A DNA stretch of 64,000 bases from Candidatus Coatesbacteria bacterium. GTDB lineage: Bacteria > JAFGND01. Below the pieces are notes generated by a model that had not been told where the DNA came from, ran no database searches, and saw only the letters and a program-made list of their open reading frames with translations. The translations under genes and the position numbers were made by a program. Each line of letters opens with the position of its first letter. The first letter of the stretch is position 1. This document shows, piece after piece, positions 62,188-64,000 of this stretch. The stretch spans positions 36,035-100,034 of the forward strand of contig JAFGND010000060.1 in NCBI GenBank assembly GCA_016927185.1. Reading direction: 5' to 3'.

Positions 62188-64000
62188 ATGAATAAGAAAA
62201 CAATCAGGAGTTTTCAGGTGATAATGCCATTTGGAATAGGATCAATCATTGATTTCCCTAATGAGAGTCTTATGATGGCAGGTCTTGATGCATGGGAAGA
62301 TATGAAAAAATTTCGAATTTATGACCAGCGACTTGCAAATTGGCTGTCAATTGATTATTTCCAGGTTCCCCCATCAAAGTCTTCTAAATTCACGAAAGAT
62401 TCTGACCAAAATCATGATTCATATCTTCCATATGTAAGATTCCCGTTGTGGTATTACTGTCCTTACTGTCGCTCAATGAAAAAAGCTGACTGGAATGATT
62501 CATCCATACCAAGATGTGATAGTAAATATAAAGCGAATCCGAATTCAAGATCATGCTCTTCCCTGAAAGGAAAAAATAGGAGGAGAATGATTCCAATAAG
62601 ATTTATAATTGCATGCGAGAATGGTCATATAGATGATTTTCCATGGATAGAATGGGCTCATAGCATTCCAGGACAGAGTCTTGATAAAACAGAGATCTGT
62701 GAAAATCCTAATTTAAGATTCATTTCAACAGGAAGTCCTGGACTGGAAGGATTAAAAGTGCAATGTATTAGCTGCCATAAATCAAGATCATTATATGGTT
62801 CGGCTGGACAAGGAGCATTAATAGGATTGAAATGCAAGGGAAACCGTCCATGGTTAGGTCCTGAAGGAAGAGAAAAATGCATTCCCGAGAAAGAACCAAT
62901 AATGCTTCAAAGAGGAGCTACCAATCTCTATTTCCCTGATGTTGCAACATCTATCCTGATCCCTCCATTCAGTGGCAGCAATTACAGAAGGGAAATTGAT
63001 GATCCTGAAGTCTGGAATAAAATAGTCTCCTGGATAAACGAAGGGAAATGTATAGATGATTTTCTTGATGTATTTTTGCTTAACAAGAATCTTGATAAGA
63101 ATAGAATGAAAGCAATAATAAAAGAGAAAATATCCACGGACATTGGAAAAACTGAAGATGAAGAGGACTATCGTTATAAAGAATACATAGCTCTTCAAGA
63201 AAGTGCTGAGGATATTGAAGATGATTTTCATACTGTAAAACAGGATATGAAAAATTACAAAAGATGGATATCTGATTTTTTTGAAAGCATAGTGCTTGTA
63301 GAAAAAATGTCAGTGACTCATTCTTTAACAGGTTTTTCCAGGATTTTTCCGCCTTCATATGACAAGAAAAATGTTATGGTACTCAGTTTGAAAAAAAAGA
63401 ATTGGTTACCAGGGATCAGGATTTACGGGGAAGGATTTTTTCTTAAACTGGATCAAAAAGCAATTGAAACCTGGATAAAAAAAAATTCAAGGAAACTATC
63501 ATCTAGATATTTATCGAAGAGTACTACTCTGAATATAAAAAGTGTAAAAATCAATCCAGAATTTTATCTTTTACATACACTTGCGCACATACTTATAAGA
63601 CAAACCATTTTTGAATGCGGATATGGAACTTCTGCTCTTAGAGAAAGAATTTATTTCAGCAACAAGGAAAACAGGAAAATGAATGGTATATTGGTCTATA
63701 CAGCTGCTGGTGATTGTGAGGGTACAATGGGAGGATTAAGTCAACAAGGAAGTCCAGGTTATTTCGAAGATCTACTTGAAAATGCTCTTCGAAAAGCAAT
63801 ATGGTGTTCAAATGATCCTTTATGCATGGAAAGCAGGGGACAAGGGATCTCTTCCTTAAATCTGGGTGCTTGTTTTGCATGTACATTGCTACCTGAAACT
63901 AGCTGCGAGGAAGGTAACAAATTGCTTGACAGATTTGCCTTAACAGGATCGCTTCAAGAACCTGAATCAGGTTTTTTTGGTAATATAATAAATGAATTAA
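62188..64000 (+). CDS. drmB: DISARM DrmB (DUF1998) protein, 3'-truncated by the window edge
   Basis: I checked this frame codon by codon. It is open for 604 codons from the ATG at 62188, which follows an AAAGGA RBS, to the window end. Cys clusters are present (CPYC, ACENGHIDDFPW). The DUF1998 C-terminal signature is LHTLAHILIRQ...GYGTSALRERIY...GILVYTAAGDCEGTMGGL...CSNDPLC...LNLGACFACTLLPETSCEEGNKLLDR. It is not in the ORF track because no stop lies within the window. Confidence 0.85.
   Translation, partial: MNKKTIRSFQVIMPFGIGSIIDFPNESLMMAGLDAWEDMKKFRIYDQRLANWLSIDYFQVPPSKSSKFTKDSDQNHDSYLPYVRFPLWYYCPYCRSMKKADWNDSSIPRCDSKYKANPNSRSCSSLKGKNRRRMIPIRFIIACENGHIDDFPWIEWAHSIPGQSLDKTEICENPNLRFISTGSPGLEGLKVQCISCHKSRSLYGSAGQGALIGLKCKGNRPWLGPEGREKCIPEKEPIMLQRGATNLYFPDVATSILIPPFSGSNYRREIDDPEVWNKIVSWINEGKCIDDFLDVFLLNKNLDKNRMKAIIKEKISTDIGKTEDEEDYRYKEYIALQESAEDIEDDFHTVKQDMKNYKRWISDFFESIVLVEKMSVTHSLTGFSRIFPPSYDKKNVMVLSLKKKNWLPGIRIYGEGFFLKLDQKAIETWIKKNSRKLSSRYLSKSTTLNIKSVKINPEFYLLHTLAHILIRQTIFECGYGTSALRERIYFSNKENRKMNGILVYTAAGDCEGTMGGLSQQGSPGYFEDLLENALRKAIWCSNDPLCMESRGQGISSLNLGACFACTLLPETSCEEGNKLLDRFALTGSLQEPESGFFGNIINEL

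Larger units (their letters stand above)
33919..64000. other. Defence island adjoining the 3' side of tRNA-Asn; distal boundary outside the window
   Basis: Gene content switches abruptly from housekeeping genes to methyltransferases, helicases, nuclease-fold proteins and an IS remnant. No integrase or tRNA-derived direct repeat is visible in the window. Confidence 0.6.

Noticed and set aside
62390-63886. Four minus-strand ORFs of 68-125 aa listed in the track
   Set aside because: All are antisense to the 604-codon open plus-strand frame that carries the DUF1998/DrmB signature. They are shadow ORFs.

Overview
This is an AT-rich chromosomal segment from a diderm (LPS-making) bacterium. It contains kdsA, a heptosyltransferase, rpoN, cheW and pdxST. 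Nt 1-33,700 is tightly packed housekeeping DNA: thyX, pdxS/pdxT, a RimO-like enzyme, maf, radC, tgt, kdsA, a PGM/PMM-family mutase, rpoN, glycosyltransferases and lipoproteins. This region also holds one odd, translationally coupled minus-strand operon at 19.4-26.0 kb. That operon carries two paralogous proteins with an N-terminal domain like that of the type I restriction enzyme HsdR (a PD-(D/E)xK nuclease fold). A tRNA-Asn(GTT) lies at 33846-33918. From there to the window end (about 30 kb) the content changes to a defence island with no integrase visible. The island contains four groups of genes. (i) A minus-strand operon joined by 1-nt overlaps encodes a 1677-aa DExH helicase with a DUF1998-like region and a C-terminal DUF559/Vsr-like nuclease domain, then an SNF2 helicase, then a 1275-aa N6-adenine methyltransferase, then a DUF4268-like protein. 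I read it as an atypical class-1-like DISARM variant with no phospholipase D (PLD) gene. (ii) A scrambled middle section holds two inverted paralogous ankyrin-repeat/PD-(D/E)xK fusion genes, one of them frameshifted in a T6 run. Between them lie a McrC-like gene without McrB, a Zn-ribbon gene, a coiled-coil plus MotB/OmpA-like gene pair, and a decayed IS3-family remnant. (iii) A roughly 1-kb ORF-free gap contains a 464-bp element bounded by inverted repeats. (iv) A class-2 DISARM locus encodes a DrmE-like protein, a C5-cytosine methyltransferase, DrmA and DrmB. DrmB is an open frame from 62188 that runs off the window and is absent from the ORF track. All family assignments come from motif recognition by eye. 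No database search was run.
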